Below are positions 53,960 through 64,000 of a stretch of DNA of 64,000 nucleotides, one piece after another. Each line of letters opens with the position of its first letter. Within the stretch, counting starts at the first letter, position 1. The stretch is from an uncultured Methylophilaceae bacterium. Lineage in GTDB: Bacteria > Pseudomonadota > Gammaproteobacteria > Burkholderiales > Methylophilaceae. The position numbers were made by a program, and so were the translations under genes. The DNA is taken from contig CAIQBW010000021.1 in NCBI GenBank assembly GCA_903870165.1, positions 6,163 through 70,162 of the forward strand, written 5' to 3'. The notes beneath the pieces are model-generated. The model had not been told where the DNA came from, made no database searches, and worked only from the letters and a program-made list of their open reading frames with translations.

Positions 53960-54732
53960 TTCCAACCTTGGTGTTTGATATTGAGACCATCCCCGATACT
54001 GATGGCTTAAAAACTTTGCTGAGTTTGCCTGCGGAAACGTCTGCCGACGATGTGGCAAAGATTGCATATCATCAACGACGTCAGCATAACGGCAGTGAAT
54101 TTTTGCCTTTGCATCAGCACCGCGTTGTGGCGATTTCATGCGTTTTGCGCGAGGGTGATCACTTCAAAGTATGGTCATTGGGCGCACCAGGTGAGCCTGA
54201 AGGTCAGCTGATCCAGCGTTTTTTCGATGGCATTGAAAAATACACGCCCAATGTGGTTTCTTGGAATGGTGGTGGTTTTGATTTTCCAGTGTTGCACTAT
54301 CGCGGCTTGGTCCATGGCGTGCAAGCGCCTCGATACTGGGATATGGGCGAGGATGATAAAGAGTTTAAGTGGAATAACTACATCAGCCGTTATCATTCAC
54401 GCCATACCGATCTAATGGATTTGCTCGCGATGTATCAAGGTCGCGCTAATGCGCCTTTAGATGATATGGCTCAATTGTGTGGCTTCCCTGGCAAGCTTGG
54501 TATGGATGGCAGTAAGGTGTGGGATGCGTATCAAAATGGCGAGATTGAGGCGATTCGTAATTACTGCGAAACCGATGTGGTGAATACCTATCTTGTGTAC
54601 TTACGCTTTCAATTCATGCGCGGTCAGCTAAATAAAGTGGCTTATGAACGCGAGATTGCATTGGTGCGTGAGACCTTGGATGCAGATACGGCTTTGCACT
54701 GGAAAGAGTTTATGGCGGCTTGGAAGTCTTAA
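53956..54732 (+). CDS. 3'-5' exonuclease related to the PolB proofreading domain (DEDDy)
   Basis: FDIET, WNG..FD.P, HTDLMD, YCETD. Confidence 0.9.
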   Translation: MIPTLVFDIETIPDTDGLKTLLSLPAETSADDVAKIAYHQRRQHNGSEFLPLHQHRVVAISCVLREGDHFKVWSLGAPGEPEGQLIQRFFDGIEKYTPNVVSWNGGGFDFPVLHYRGLVHGVQAPRYWDMGEDDKEFKWNNYISRYHSRHTDLMDLLAMYQGRANAPLDDMAQLCGFPGKLGMDGSKVWDAYQNGEIEAIRNYCETDVVNTYLVYLRFQFMRGQLNKVAYEREIALVRETLDADTALHWKEFMAAWKS

Positions 54733-54771
54733 GTATTTTTTTAATCAATTTAGTTGTAAAGTTTATCTTTC

Positions 54772-56112
54772 ATGCGTTCTCGTAAAAAGTTCAAATCTGA
54801 AAATCCTATTGGTAATGCCATTATTGAATCCTTAGATCAAGAAGGACGTGGTGTAGCCCATGTGGATGGTAAAGCGATATTTATCCGTGGCGCCTTGCCT
54901 AATGAAAAGGTGACCTATCAGTCGACACGTATCAAATCAAGTTATGAGTTCGCTGAAGTTAAATTAGTTTTAAAAGCATCTAATTTGCGAGTCACACCAA
55001 AATGTGCACACTTTGGCATGTGTGGTGGTTGTGCTCTTCAGCATTTGGATTTCTCAGCCCAAGTGGCTGCTAAACAACGTTTACTTGAAAACGATTTGCG
55101 CCACATTGGCAAAGTAAAACCTGAAAGTCTGATACCGCCCATTTACGGCCCAGCTTGGGGTTATCGCCATAAAGCGCGTTTGCGGGTGAAATATGTCCCT
55201 AAAAAAGACCGCGTGCTGGTGGGCTTTAATGAGAAATCTACGCCTTTTGTGGCGGATATGAATAGCTGTGAAGTTTTGCCTCCGCGTATTTCCGCATTAA
55301 TTAAACCGCTACAAGAAATGATTGTTCAAATGAGCATTCGTGATGCCATTCCTCAGATTGAGTTAGCAGTAGGTGAGCACGCAGTTGTGTTGGTATTTAG
55401 AGTGATGGAAACGCCAAACGCTAAAGATGAAGCGCTCTTCAAAGCCTTTGCAGATAAGCATGATGTGCAGGTTTGGACGCAAACCAAAGGCTTAGATACC
55501 GTTCAGCCTTTCTTTCCTTTAGATGGTGCAAAGCTCAGTTATTCATTAGCTGAGTTCGATTTAACTTATCCTTTTAACCCAACTGAGTTTACGCAGGTTA
55601 ATCCGCATATCAATCAAGTGATGCTTCGCCGGGCGATGCAGTTGCTATCGCCTAAAGCGGGTGAAAGGATTGCGGACTTTTTCTGTGGCTTGGGTAATTT
55701 TACTTTGCCGATTGCCCGCTCTGGCGCAACTGTATTAGGGATGGAGGGTTTAGAAACGCTAGTTAATCGTGCTCGTGAAAGTGCCACATTGAATGGCTTG
55801 GCTGACCAAGTGGAATTTACTGAAGCAGATTTATTCGACATGACGCCTGACGCATTGCAAGGATTAGGGCCCTTCGATAAATGGCTGATCGACCCGCCAC
55901 GCGACGGTGCAATGGCTTTGGTGAGTGCGTTGCCTAATGATGGCAACTTTGGCCCAGAACGCATGGTCTATGTGTCTTGCAACCCCGCCACGTTGGCGCG
56001 AGATGCCGGTATTTTGGTGAATGAAAAAGGCTATCGCATGGTCGCGGCGGGGGTGATTAATATGTTCCCACATACTTCGCATGTGGAGTCTATTGCCCTG
56101 TTTGAGCGCTAA
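54772..56112 (+). CDS. rlmD: 23S rRNA (uracil-1939-C5)-methyltransferase
   Basis: TRAM domain, C.....CGGC Fe-S motif, [32 protein letters not shown]. Confidence 0.95.
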   Translation: MRSRKKFKSENPIGNAIIESLDQEGRGVAHVDGKAIFIRGALPNEKVTYQSTRIKSSYEFAEVKLVLKASNLRVTPKCAHFGMCGGCALQHLDFSAQVAAKQRLLENDLRHIGKVKPESLIPPIYGPAWGYRHKARLRVKYVPKKDRVLVGFNEKSTPFVADMNSCEVLPPRISALIKPLQEMIVQMSIRDAIPQIELAVGEHAVVLVFRVMETPNAKDEALFKAFADKHDVQVWTQTKGLDTVQPFFPLDGAKLSYSLAEFDLTYPFNPTEFTQVNPHINQVMLRRAMQLLSPKAGERIADFFCGLGNFTLPIARSGATVLGMEGLETLVNRARESATLNGLADQVEFTEADLFDMTPDALQGLGPFDKWLIDPPRDGAMALVSALPNDGNFGPERMVYVSCNPATLARDAGILVNEKGYRMVAAGVINMFPHTSHVESIALFER

Positions 56113-56133
56113 ACAGCTTTATGTTTAAAAGCC

Positions 56134-57591
56134 ATGCTTAAGAAAATATGCGTTTTGCTATTTTTGTTGTGCGGCCTAAGCGCTTGTCACAAGCAAGAGG
56201 TGAATCATCGCGAGGATATTCGCTTTGCGCTTGCGCAAGCACCTATTAATCTAGATCCTCGTTATGCCACCGATGCAGCATCAGCACGTGTTAACCGGTT
56301 GCTGTATCGTCCATTGGTTGCTTTTGATGCTAGCTCAAAACCCATTGCTGATTTAGCGGCTTGGAAAATAGTCAGTCCTACTCAATATCGTTTCAGCTTG
56401 GGCAAAACAGGGCGCACTTTTCATGATGGCACTTCATTAAGCACTAAGGATGTAAAGGCGACTTATGAATCTTTGATGGCACTAAAAGACTCACCCCTTT
56501 CAGGTGAGTTTGCAAACATCAGCCGCATCCAAATACTAGACGACAATACTTTCGATTTTTACTTAAAAGCACCCGATAACGATTTCCCCGCCAAGTTAAT
56601 CATCGGTATTTTGCCTGCGAGTCAAATCTCGCAAGGGCGTGATTTTAGCCACCATCCATTAGGCACCGGCCGTCTAGCGTTTGTCAGTTGGACAAACACA
56701 CTCCAATTAAAGCGCGTGAGTGATGGACAAATCATTACCTTGTTTGAGGTAAAAGACCCAACGGTGCGCATCTTAAAGCTGATGCGCGGCGAAGTAGATA
56801 TTCTGCAAGGCGATTTACCACCGGAGCTAGTGCATTACCTAAAAGGCCAGCCAAACATCAAAGTGACAGAGAGCAATGGTGGTAACTTTTCTTACCTAGG
56901 TTTCAATCTCCAAGATAAAACGTTGTCTGATTTAAAAGTCCGTCAAGCTGTGGCACATGCCATTAATCGCCCAGAGATTATTGAGCACGCATTGGTTGGC
57001 GGCACGCGTGAGGCAGGTGCTCTCTTGCCTCCAGAACACTGGGCGGGGAATAAAAGTTTAATGCCTTACGCATATAATCCGGTGCTTTCCAAACGGTTAT
57101 TAATAGAAGCGGGCGTGAAATTGCCACTGCACCTCGTTTATAAAACCTCTACAGATGCTCAGCGCGTTCGTCTTGCTACTATTATGCAAGCGCAAATGGC
57201 AGAAGCAGGCATTGTGCTTGAGATTAAAAGTCTCGATTGGGGCACTTTTTTTGAAGATGTGAAACAAGGTCATTTTCAATTGTTTGGCCTCACTTGGGTG
57301 GGGATCAACACCCCTGATATTTACGCAAAAGCATTCGGTTCAGATAATGCTTCGCCCAAAGGTTTTAATCGAGGGCGTTTTAGCGATGCTGCTCTAGATG
57401 CCTTGATAGATAAACAAGATTGGCAAGCCGCCACCAAAACTATTCATAAGCAATTGCCTTATGTGCCGCTCTGGTATGAAGGCCAATTTTCTGCCATGCG
57501 CGCTGATATTGGCAAATATGCGCCAAAAGCAGACGGTAATTGGGATGATTTGGCGAACGTTGTTCGCACAACTAGCTCAAACACGCATTAG
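56134..57591 (+). CDS. Family-5 (peptide/nickel-type) ABC substrate-binding lipoprotein
   Basis: LSAC lipobox, LDP, FHDG....DV, PLGTG, VRQA...AINR; no permease or ATPase adjacent. Confidence 0.88.
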   Translation: MLKKICVLLFLLCGLSACHKQEVNHREDIRFALAQAPINLDPRYATDAASARVNRLLYRPLVAFDASSKPIADLAAWKIVSPTQYRFSLGKTGRTFHDGTSLSTKDVKATYESLMALKDSPLSGEFANISRIQILDDNTFDFYLKAPDNDFPAKLIIGILPASQISQGRDFSHHPLGTGRLAFVSWTNTLQLKRVSDGQIITLFEVKDPTVRILKLMRGEVDILQGDLPPELVHYLKGQPNIKVTESNGGNFSYLGFNLQDKTLSDLKVRQAVAHAINRPEIIEHALVGGTREAGALLPPEHWAGNKSLMPYAYNPVLSKRLLIEAGVKLPLHLVYKTSTDAQRVRLATIMQAQMAEAGIVLEIKSLDWGTFFEDVKQGHFQLFGLTWVGINTPDIYAKAFGSDNASPKGFNRGRFSDAALDALIDKQDWQAATKTIHKQLPYVPLWYEGQFSAMRADIGKYAPKADGNWDDLANVVRTTSSNTH

Positions 57592-57631
57592 ATTTTATAA
57601 AACAGCCATTCCAGAGTAAAATACTCAACTT

Positions 57632-59809
57632 ATGCAAATCAACACCATCCCTACCGTAAAACCTATCAACCATTACCGTCCCTATTGGGCTAAGCGTTTT
57701 GGCACGTCGAAAATGTTACCGATGTCACGTGAAGAAATGGAGGATTTGGGTTGGGATAGTTGCGACATTATTTTGGTCACGGGCGATGCTTATATCGACC
57801 ATCCTAGCTTTGGTATGGCGCTTGTTGGGCGTTTACTGGAGGCACAAGGTTTCCGTGTGGGAATTATTGCACAGCCTGATTGGTCGGATTCGGAGGCGTT
57901 TAAAGCCTTGGGTAAGCCTAACCTTTATTTTGGGATTACCGCCGGCAATATGGATAGCATGGTGAACCGCTATACCGCTGACCGTAAGATTCGTTCTGAT
58001 GATGCTTATACCCCAGACGCAGTGGCGGGAAAGCGCCCAGACCGCGCCGTTTTGGTTTATTCTCAACGTTGTCGTGAAGCATTTTCAGATGTACCTTTGG
58101 TTATTGGTAGTATTGAAGCGAGTTTACGTCGTATCGCGCATTATGATTATTGGTCGGACAAAGTACGCCGCTCTATATTGGTGGATTCTAAAGCTGACAT
58201 TTTGCTTTATGGTAATGCTGAGCGTGCTTTGATTGAGCTTAGCCATCGCTTGGGTAGAGGTGAAAATGTCGCTGACATTACCGATATTCGTGGCACTGCA
58301 TTTTTACGTAAAAAAATTCCAGAAGGATGGCAAGAAGTTGCTTCAACCAATCTAGATCGTCCCGGTAAAGTTGAAGTACCGATTGACCCTTATGAGATGA
58401 AAATGGGCGCAGGGACTAGCTGTGAGACTGAGGCTAAGAAAGACGCCCCCGCCTTGCCTGAAGGCACACAGGCTGTTCAAATCGTTCGAAAACCCAAGGC
58501 TGATCGTGCTTTTCAAGTGGTGCGATTACCTAGCTATGAAGAAGTCGCAAAAGACCCTGTGCTCTATGCGCATGCTTCTCGTGTACTTCATCTAGAAGCT
58601 AACCCGGGTAATGCTCGCGCGCTGATTCAAAAACATGGTGATCGTGAAGTTTGGCTTAATGCACCGCCGATTCCGCTCACCACTAAAGAGATGGATTACG
58701 TTTACGATTTGCCTTATGCACGTAGACCGCATCCTGCATATGGGGATGCCAAAATTCCTGCTTGGGAAATGATTCGCTTCTCGGTAAACATTATGCGCGG
58801 CTGTTTCGGCGGTTGTACTTTCTGTTCGATTACCGAGCATGAAGGCCGTATTATTCAAAGCCGCTCTGAAGAAAGTATTTTGAAAGAAGTGGAAGAAATT
58901 CGCGACAAGGTCGATGGCTTTACAGGCGTGATTTCAGACCTTGGTGGGCCAACGGCCAATATGTATCGCATGGCGTGTAAGACGCCAGAAATTGAGAAGT
59001 CATGCCGTAAGCTTTCATGTGTTTACCCTGGTATTTGTGAAAATCTTAATACAGACCACTCGGCCTTGATTCAGCTTTATCGTAAAGCACGTAATCTCAA
59101 GGGGATTAAAAAGATTCTCGTGGGATCTGGGCTTCGTTACGACTTGGCAGTCACTTCGCCTGAGTACGTCAAAGAGTTGGTGCAAAACCATGTGGGTGGG
59201 TACTTAAAAATCGCGCCTGAGCATTCTGAAGAAAACGTGCTCTCTAAAATGATGAAGCCTGGCATGGGTGCTTACGATAAATTTAAAGAGATGTTTGAGC
59301 GCTTCTCAAAAGAGGCGGGCAAGCAGCAATACTTGATTCCTTACTTCATCGCAGCACATCCTGGCACGACCGATGAAGATATGCTGAACCTTGCGTTATG
59401 GCTCAAGAAATATGATTTTAGGTTGGATCAAGTGCAGACCTTTACGCCAACCCCTATGGCGATGGCAACGGCCATGTATCACTCTGGCAAAAACCCATTG
59501 CGTAAAGTGACTGATGACAGCGAAGAGGTTCCTATTCCCAAAGCAGGTGGTGTGCGCCGTTTGCACAAAGCATTTATTCGTTACCACGACCCAAAAAATT
59601 GGCCACTCTTGCGTGAGGCGCTTAAAAATATGGGACGTGCTGACTTAATTGGCAATGGCAAGCATTGCTTGATTCCTGCATGGCAACCATTAGATAAAAC
59701 ACCACCGCGCCCAGTGCAAGTAGCGAGCAAAAAACGCCCAACGCCACTACCTGCTGCTGCAAAAGGCAAAAAATTAGAAATAGGCAAGCCTTTCCGGCGT
59801 TCTCGTTAA
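57632..59809 (+). CDS. ygiQ: YgiQ family radical SAM protein
   Basis: [39 protein letters not shown]. Confidence 0.94.
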   Translation: MQINTIPTVKPINHYRPYWAKRFGTSKMLPMSREEMEDLGWDSCDIILVTGDAYIDHPSFGMALVGRLLEAQGFRVGIIAQPDWSDSEAFKALGKPNLYFGITAGNMDSMVNRYTADRKIRSDDAYTPDAVAGKRPDRAVLVYSQRCREAFSDVPLVIGSIEASLRRIAHYDYWSDKVRRSILVDSKADILLYGNAERALIELSHRLGRGENVADITDIRGTAFLRKKIPEGWQEVASTNLDRPGKVEVPIDPYEMKMGAGTSCETEAKKDAPALPEGTQAVQIVRKPKADRAFQVVRLPSYEEVAKDPVLYAHASRVLHLEANPGNARALIQKHGDREVWLNAPPIPLTTKEMDYVYDLPYARRPHPAYGDAKIPAWEMIRFSVNIMRGCFGGCTFCSITEHEGRIIQSRSEESILKEVEEIRDKVDGFTGVISDLGGPTANMYRMACKTPEIEKSCRKLSCVYPGICENLNTDHSALIQLYRKARNLKGIKKILVGSGLRYDLAVTSPEYVKELVQNHVGGYLKIAPEHSEENVLSKMMKPGMGAYDKFKEMFERFSKEAGKQQYLIPYFIAAHPGTTDEDMLNLALWLKKYDFRLDQVQTFTPTPMAMATAMYHSGKNPLRKVTDDSEEVPIPKAGGVRRLHKAFIRYHDPKNWPLLREALKNMGRADLIGNGKHCLIPAWQPLDKTPPRPVQVASKKRPTPLPAAAKGKKLEIGKPFRRSR

Positions 59810-59878
59810 TCCGCCAAAATTGAACCCTAGCGCTTGGCGTTTGTCAGATGTTTACATTCCATGATGAAGGGTTAAGAC

Positions 59879-60733
59879 GTGCGTTCATTTTTATCTAAAG
59901 TCTCATTTGCGGTTATTTTTTTTGCCGCCTCTCAATTTGCACTCGCGGCTGACAATGGCTTGCTTTGGAAGCTTGAAGCGCCAAGCGGTAAAGTTAGCTA
60001 TTTGCTTGGGACGATGCATACTGACGACCAGCGCGTGACCGAGTTTTCACCCAAAATCACTGAAGCTTTTAATAAAACTGAAGCCTTCATGATGGAAACC
60101 TTACCTCCCCGTAATCCTTCTATTTTTATGATGAAACAAGGCACCGTTGCTGAATTGCTCACTGAAAAAGAGTTCGATCAAGTGCGTGAGTTGGCTGATT
60201 TTCACTCTATGCATATTGAAGCCGCGATGCACATGAAGCCATGGTTACTGGCGGTGATTTTTGATTTGCCTAAGCCCAAAGCACTTTATTCAATGGATGA
60301 ACTGTTGATGGCCAAAGCTGAAGAACAGGATAAGAAAATTATTGGTTTAGAAAAAACCAGTGAGCATTTTTCAGTGTTAGATGCCGTGAGTATGGAAGAT
60401 CAGATGGTGATGCTACGCGCTGTACTCAAGCGTAGCCAAAAAGACAAAGAGCGTGATTACGAAAAGCTACTCAAAGCTTATCAATCTGGCGATTTGAAGA
60501 AAATTATCGACTTGGACGACAAAATCACAGGTGGTATGTTGCCAAAAGCCGTTTGGGAAAATATGCGCGTTAAGCTTATTGATGAACGTAATGCGGGTAT
60601 GGCTGAAGGCTTGGTGTCAGAGGCAAATGAAAAGGCCGTCTTTGCCGCGGTGGGTGCATCACATTTGGCAGGTGAGGGTGGTATGTTGGGCCGTTTGCGT
60701 GCAGCTGGTTTTACAGTGACGCCTGTCAAGTAA
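59879..60733 (+). CDS. TraB/GumN (TIKI-like) family secreted protein
   Basis: Signal peptide, LLW, YLLGTMH, GLE, ERN..M, AVGASHL.G. Confidence 0.88.
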   Translation: MRSFLSKVSFAVIFFAASQFALAADNGLLWKLEAPSGKVSYLLGTMHTDDQRVTEFSPKITEAFNKTEAFMMETLPPRNPSIFMMKQGTVAELLTEKEFDQVRELADFHSMHIEAAMHMKPWLLAVIFDLPKPKALYSMDELLMAKAEEQDKKIIGLEKTSEHFSVLDAVSMEDQMVMLRAVLKRSQKDKERDYEKLLKAYQSGDLKKIIDLDDKITGGMLPKAVWENMRVKLIDERNAGMAEGLVSEANEKAVFAAVGASHLAGEGGMLGRLRAAGFTVTPVK

Positions 60734-60752
60734 GGCTGAAAAGGAGGTTAAC

Positions 60753-60787
60753 AAAAAAGCGCAGTGGAGTTTCCAGTGCGCTTTTTT
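60753..60787. terminator. Bidirectional terminator
   Basis: AAAAAAGCGCA...TGCGCTTTTTT between convergent genes. Confidence 0.82.
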
Positions 60788-60804
60788 ATTGCTTAGGTCT
60801 CGTT

Positions 60805-61311
60805 TTATTGGTTTGGATAAATCAATTTATCCGTTTCAAAGCCAAGTTCTTTCGCTTTAGAGATCAGTTGTTGTTTCACAATGTAAGACATTTGCGGCGT
60901 GCGCGAGAGTATCCAAAGATAGTCTTTGCCGCAAGTCACTAGCGCATATTGATAGCCAGGCTTATCAAGTTCAACAATGGTATAACCCCCATAAAATGGG
61001 CCAAAGAACGACACCCTTAAGCGTCCTATATTTGATGTTTCGACGAAGTATGCTTTGCCGATGGCTTCATTCCACTTTTGCGTTTTAGTGTCGAAGCCAT
61101 GATTAACTACCTTTAGGCCACCATCTTCACGCAAGCTGTATTCTGCATAAACTTTATCTAATCCACGTTCAAAACGGTGGTCTAAGCGAGCGATTTCATA
61201 CCAAGTACCTAGGTATTTATCAACCTCAAAGTTTGTAATCGCCTTGTATTTAGCATTGTCTCCCGTGCAGGCAAGTAGTACCAAACAAAGTAATAAATAA
61301 AGTTTTTTCAT
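60805..61311 (-). CDS. blc: Outer-membrane lipocalin lipoprotein
   Basis: LLAC lipobox, YLGTWYEIAR, VSFFGPFYGGY, YLWILSRTP. Confidence 0.92.
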   Translation of the reverse strand: MKKLYLLLCLVLLACTGDNAKYKAITNFEVDKYLGTWYEIARLDHRFERGLDKVYAEYSLREDGGLKVVNHGFDTKTQKWNEAIGKAYFVETSNIGRLRVSFFGPFYGGYTIVELDKPGYQYALVTCGKDYLWILSRTPQMSYIVKQQLISKAKELGFETDKLIYPNQ

Positions 61312-61330
61312 ATTACCTTTTTCCTATCCC

Positions 61331-62836
61331 TTAACGACCACGCCCACCGCCGCCAGTGTGTCCGCCACGACTGCCCCCATTGTTTCGATTGGCATTTCGT
61401 CCTGCATTTGGATTTGGACCTCTATTTTGTGGCTTAGGCGCAAACAAAGCAGGTTGAGGCATGGCTTGATGCCTTGCTGCCTCTGACATGTTTTTTGTAG
61501 ATGGGTTTTGTGTTTGGTTTCTATTGCCATCAACACTTGCTTTATCGGTACGTTGGCCTTGTGGCTTGTTGCGATTATGCTGAGGTTTGCCTTGTGATGG
61601 TTTTGCTCCTACGTTTTGTGGACGACGTTGTTGTGGCCTAGGTGCACGTGGTGCTTCAGGCTCCGCCTTTTCTGGTTGAACCCAGCCATCAGCTGGTACT
61701 TTTGGAATCTCGCGCTTAATAAGTTTTTCAATATCTTTGAGTAGCTTTAATTCTTCACGGTCAACCAATGAAACCGCAGCACCACTGCTGCCCGCACGGC
61801 CAGTTCTACCAATGCGGTGTACGTAATCTTCAGGCACGTTAGGGAGCTCAAAATTAATCACTTGTGGCAATTGGTCAATATCCAAACCGCGTGCTGCAAT
61901 GTCGGTAGCCACTAATACGCGCACCGTGCCATCTTTAAACTGGGCTAGTGCTTTGGTACGTGCGCCTTGGCTTTTGTTGCCGTGAATCGCTGAGGCTTCA
62001 ATACCATCTTTAACGAGCTTTTCTGCTAAGCGGTTTGCGCCGTGCTTGGTGCGGGTAAAGACGAGCACTTGTTGCCAGTTGTTATGATTTACCAAATGGC
62101 TCACTAGCTCGCGCTTAAAGCTCTGACTAATCATGTGAACGGTTTGTTCAACCAATTCGGATGCGGTATTACGGCGTGCAACTTCTACAAAGCCAGGGTT
62201 GTTTAGCAGGCCATCAGCCAGCGCTTTAATTTCATCAGAAAATGTGGCGGAAAATAGTAAGTTTTGGCGTGCCTTGGGCAATAAAGCCAAGATTTTTTTA
62301 ATGTCACGGATAAAGCCCATATCCAACATGCGGTCGGCTTCATCCAGCACCAAAATTTCAACGCCTGATAAATCCACGGCTTTTTGGTTGGCGAGGTCGA
62401 GCAAGCGTCCTGGCGTCGCGACTAAGATATCCAAAGGTTTTCTTAATCGAGACATTTGTGGGTTGATGTTCACCCCACCAAAAATCACCGTTGAGGTGAG
62501 TGATAAATATTTGCCGTATGTTTTAACAGACTCTTCAATCTGCGCAGCAAGCTCACGCGTTGGTGTCAGCATCAAGCAACGAGGGCGGCCTTTGCCTAAA
62601 TCGGCCAATGGCTTTTGGCTAAGGATGTGCAAAATCGGCAAGGTGAAACCAGCGGTTTTACCTGTGCCTGTTTGTGCGCCAGCGAGTAAATCGCCGCCTG
62701 TTAAGACTTGTGGAATCGCTTGCGCTTGAATGGGGGTTGGGGTGGTATAGCCCGCGTCGTTAATGGCGCGGAGAATAGGTTCTGCTAAGCCTAAATCATT
62801 AAAGTTTGGGCTAGCGTTTGTAACTTCTGAAGACAA
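61331..62836 (-). CDS. rhlE: DEAD-box RNA helicase, RhlE-like
   Basis: Q motif, [36 protein letters not shown]; TTG start with an AAGGA RBS; basic Gly/Arg/Asn tail. Confidence 0.92.
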   Translation of the reverse strand: MSSEVTNASPNFNDLGLAEPILRAINDAGYTTPTPIQAQAIPQVLTGGDLLAGAQTGTGKTAGFTLPILHILSQKPLADLGKGRPRCLMLTPTRELAAQIEESVKTYGKYLSLTSTVIFGGVNINPQMSRLRKPLDILVATPGRLLDLANQKAVDLSGVEILVLDEADRMLDMGFIRDIKKILALLPKARQNLLFSATFSDEIKALADGLLNNPGFVEVARRNTASELVEQTVHMISQSFKRELVSHLVNHNNWQQVLVFTRTKHGANRLAEKLVKDGIEASAIHGNKSQGARTKALAQFKDGTVRVLVATDIAARGLDIDQLPQVINFELPNVPEDYVHRIGRTGRAGSSGAAVSLVDREELKLLKDIEKLIKREIPKVPADGWVQPEKAEPEAPRAPRPQQRRPQNVGAKPSQGKPQHNRNKPQGQRTDKASVDGNRNQTQNPSTKNMSEAARHQAMPQPALFAPKPQNRGPNPNAGRNANRNNGGSRGGHTGGGGRGR

Positions 62837-62984
62837 TGTAAATTCCTTAAAGGAGATTTATAAGTGGTCTGTTGCCCTTAAGACAACACCAATCGAGACT
62901 AACAAATAAGAGATAAAAGTGTTGGCGCATGGCGCCTTTAGGCCGCTGTGCTGATTGGTATGGCACAGGGAAGTCTTGATTATA
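62837..62984 (-). promoter_or_regulatory. rhlE promoter (-10 TATAAT) and structured 5' leader of about 140 nt
   Basis: TATAAT at 62979-62984; several complementary segments, detailed in findings. Confidence 0.55.
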
Positions 62985-63011
62985 CTGAGTATTGTGAGAT
63001 TAGCTAGCTAA

Positions 63012-63737
63012 TTAAATCTTTTCAGTATGCGTGAGTAAATGTAACTCTTCTGCGGTCAGCCAGCGCCATTCTCCTTCAGCGAGGTCTTCGGGGAGTGTGA
63101 CTTCGCCAATCTTGATGCGTTTAAGGGCTTCTACGCGATTGCTATTCGCGGCGACCATGCGTTTTACCTGGTGATATTTACCTTCAGCCAGTGTCATATG
63201 CACGATGTGACTGCTGATTTGCTCGCATGCAAGCGCTGCAATCGGTGCTGGTTCATCTATGAGCTGCACGCCATCGAGTAGATTTTTAATTTGCGCTGCG
63301 TCCACTGGGTGCTTGCAATGTACTTCGTACACTTTGGGCACTTTCCATTTAGGTGAACTCAAGCGGTGGATAAAATGGCCATCGTCAGAAAGCAAAATTA
63401 AGCCCGTGGTGTCTTCATCCAAACGGCCGATACATTGCACGTCACGCTCGACTAATGGATGCGGCAATAAACTGTAAACCGATGGGTGATGGAGGGTTTT
63501 ATGTGAGCATTCGTAATGCGCTGGTTTGTTGAGCATTAAGTAAGCTTGCTCACGATATTGCCAAGGTTCGCCATCCACCGTGAAGTGAAGCTCTTCGGTG
63601 TGAAATTCTGCAAATGGGTCATCACAAGGTTCACCGTTGACGGTGACAGCATCGTGCCTGACTAAGATGCGGCAGGCTTTGCGAGAGCCAAAGCCTTGGG
63701 AATGTAAAACGCGTTCTATCGATATTTTTTTAGACAT
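63012..63737 (-). CDS. rsuA: 16S rRNA pseudouridine-516 synthase
   Basis: S4 domain, NKP, GRLDEDTTGL, EGKYHQVKRM. Confidence 0.92.
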   Translation of the reverse strand: MSKKISIERVLHSQGFGSRKACRILVRHDAVTVNGEPCDDPFAEFHTEELHFTVDGEPWQYREQAYLMLNKPAHYECSHKTLHHPSVYSLLPHPLVERDVQCIGRLDEDTTGLILLSDDGHFIHRLSSPKWKVPKVYEVHCKHPVDAAQIKNLLDGVQLIDEPAPIAALACEQISSHIVHMTLAEGKYHQVKRMVAANSNRVEALKRIKIGEVTLPEDLAEGEWRWLTAEELHLLTHTEKI

Positions 63738-63756
63738 GGCGGCATTATAGAGGCTT

Positions 63757-64000
63757 TTATGCGCTCATCACTTCAATATTGCCATTGTCTGCAATCAGCA
63801 CTTGGCTGGCGATGCCATAAAACACTCCGTGTTCCACTATCCCAGGCGTATTGTTAAGTAGCGTGTTGAGCGCCTCATCGTAGATGTTTGCAGGAAATTG
63901 CATATCTAAAACATAGCTACCATGTGCACTGATGGCCACATTGTCTTTACCCGCATTGAGACGAATATCCCCTTGGGCGCCATGTTTTTCTAATTGGTGT
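63757..64000 (-). CDS. rpiA: Ribose-5-phosphate isomerase A-like protein, 3' part (5' end outside window)
   Basis: Frame is open to the window edge: ...IRLNAGKDNVAISAHGSYVLDMQF...LNNTPGIVEHGVF..ASQVLI, resembling the RpiA C-terminus. Confidence 0.75.
   Translation of the reverse strand, partial: HQLEKHGAQGDIRLNAGKDNVAISAHGSYVLDMQFPANIYDEALNTLLNNTPGIVEHGVFYGIASQVLIADNGNIEVMSA

Noticed and set aside
62199-62729. 176-aa antisense ORF opposite rhlE, and similar ones at 13727-14101, 1386-1775, 23331-23735 and 26744-27160
   Set aside because: They mirror conserved genes codon for codon, have Ser/Pro/Thr-rich shadow composition, and show no recognisable motifs

Overview
A gene-dense, almost entirely housekeeping chromosomal segment of a betaproteobacterium. 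By eye the GC content is in the mid-40s percent. Gene content and protein sequences suggest Methylophilaceae (Methylotenera-like), but this is inference. About 66 CDS are present: thyA(partial)-folA; dcd plus a PLP amino-acid decarboxylase; gnd-zwf/pgl; apbC/metG; tyrA-aroA-cmk-rpsA-ihfB-lapB-pyrF; aat-bpt; purL; a secreted ankyrin-FccAB-like-unknown-beta-propeller cluster; ppiA/serB; sucCD-ankyrin-nadE-glnB; feoAB with a Fur-like box; yciB-yciI-bolA-PPIase; PHP-yciO-S2P-trpS-scpAB-rluB; dapD-yffB-dapE-prmB; kup; xseA; dsbB-cysM-exonuclease-rlmD-SBP-ygiQ; rhlE; rsuA; and a partial rpiA. I saw no tRNA, rRNA, CRISPR array, phage or transposase. The best leads are below the ORF-track cutoff or are architectural. 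They are a structured, potentially switching rhlE 5' leader; a 21-codon, probably leaderless ORF coupled to lapB where lapA normally sits; an S1 protein lacking domain 6; an unannotated 33-aa membrane microprotein overlapping prmB; a remnant EAL pseudogene; and the periplasmic ankyrin/flavocytochrome c cluster with two proteins predicted to begin with His. None is proven to be a new system from sequence alone.
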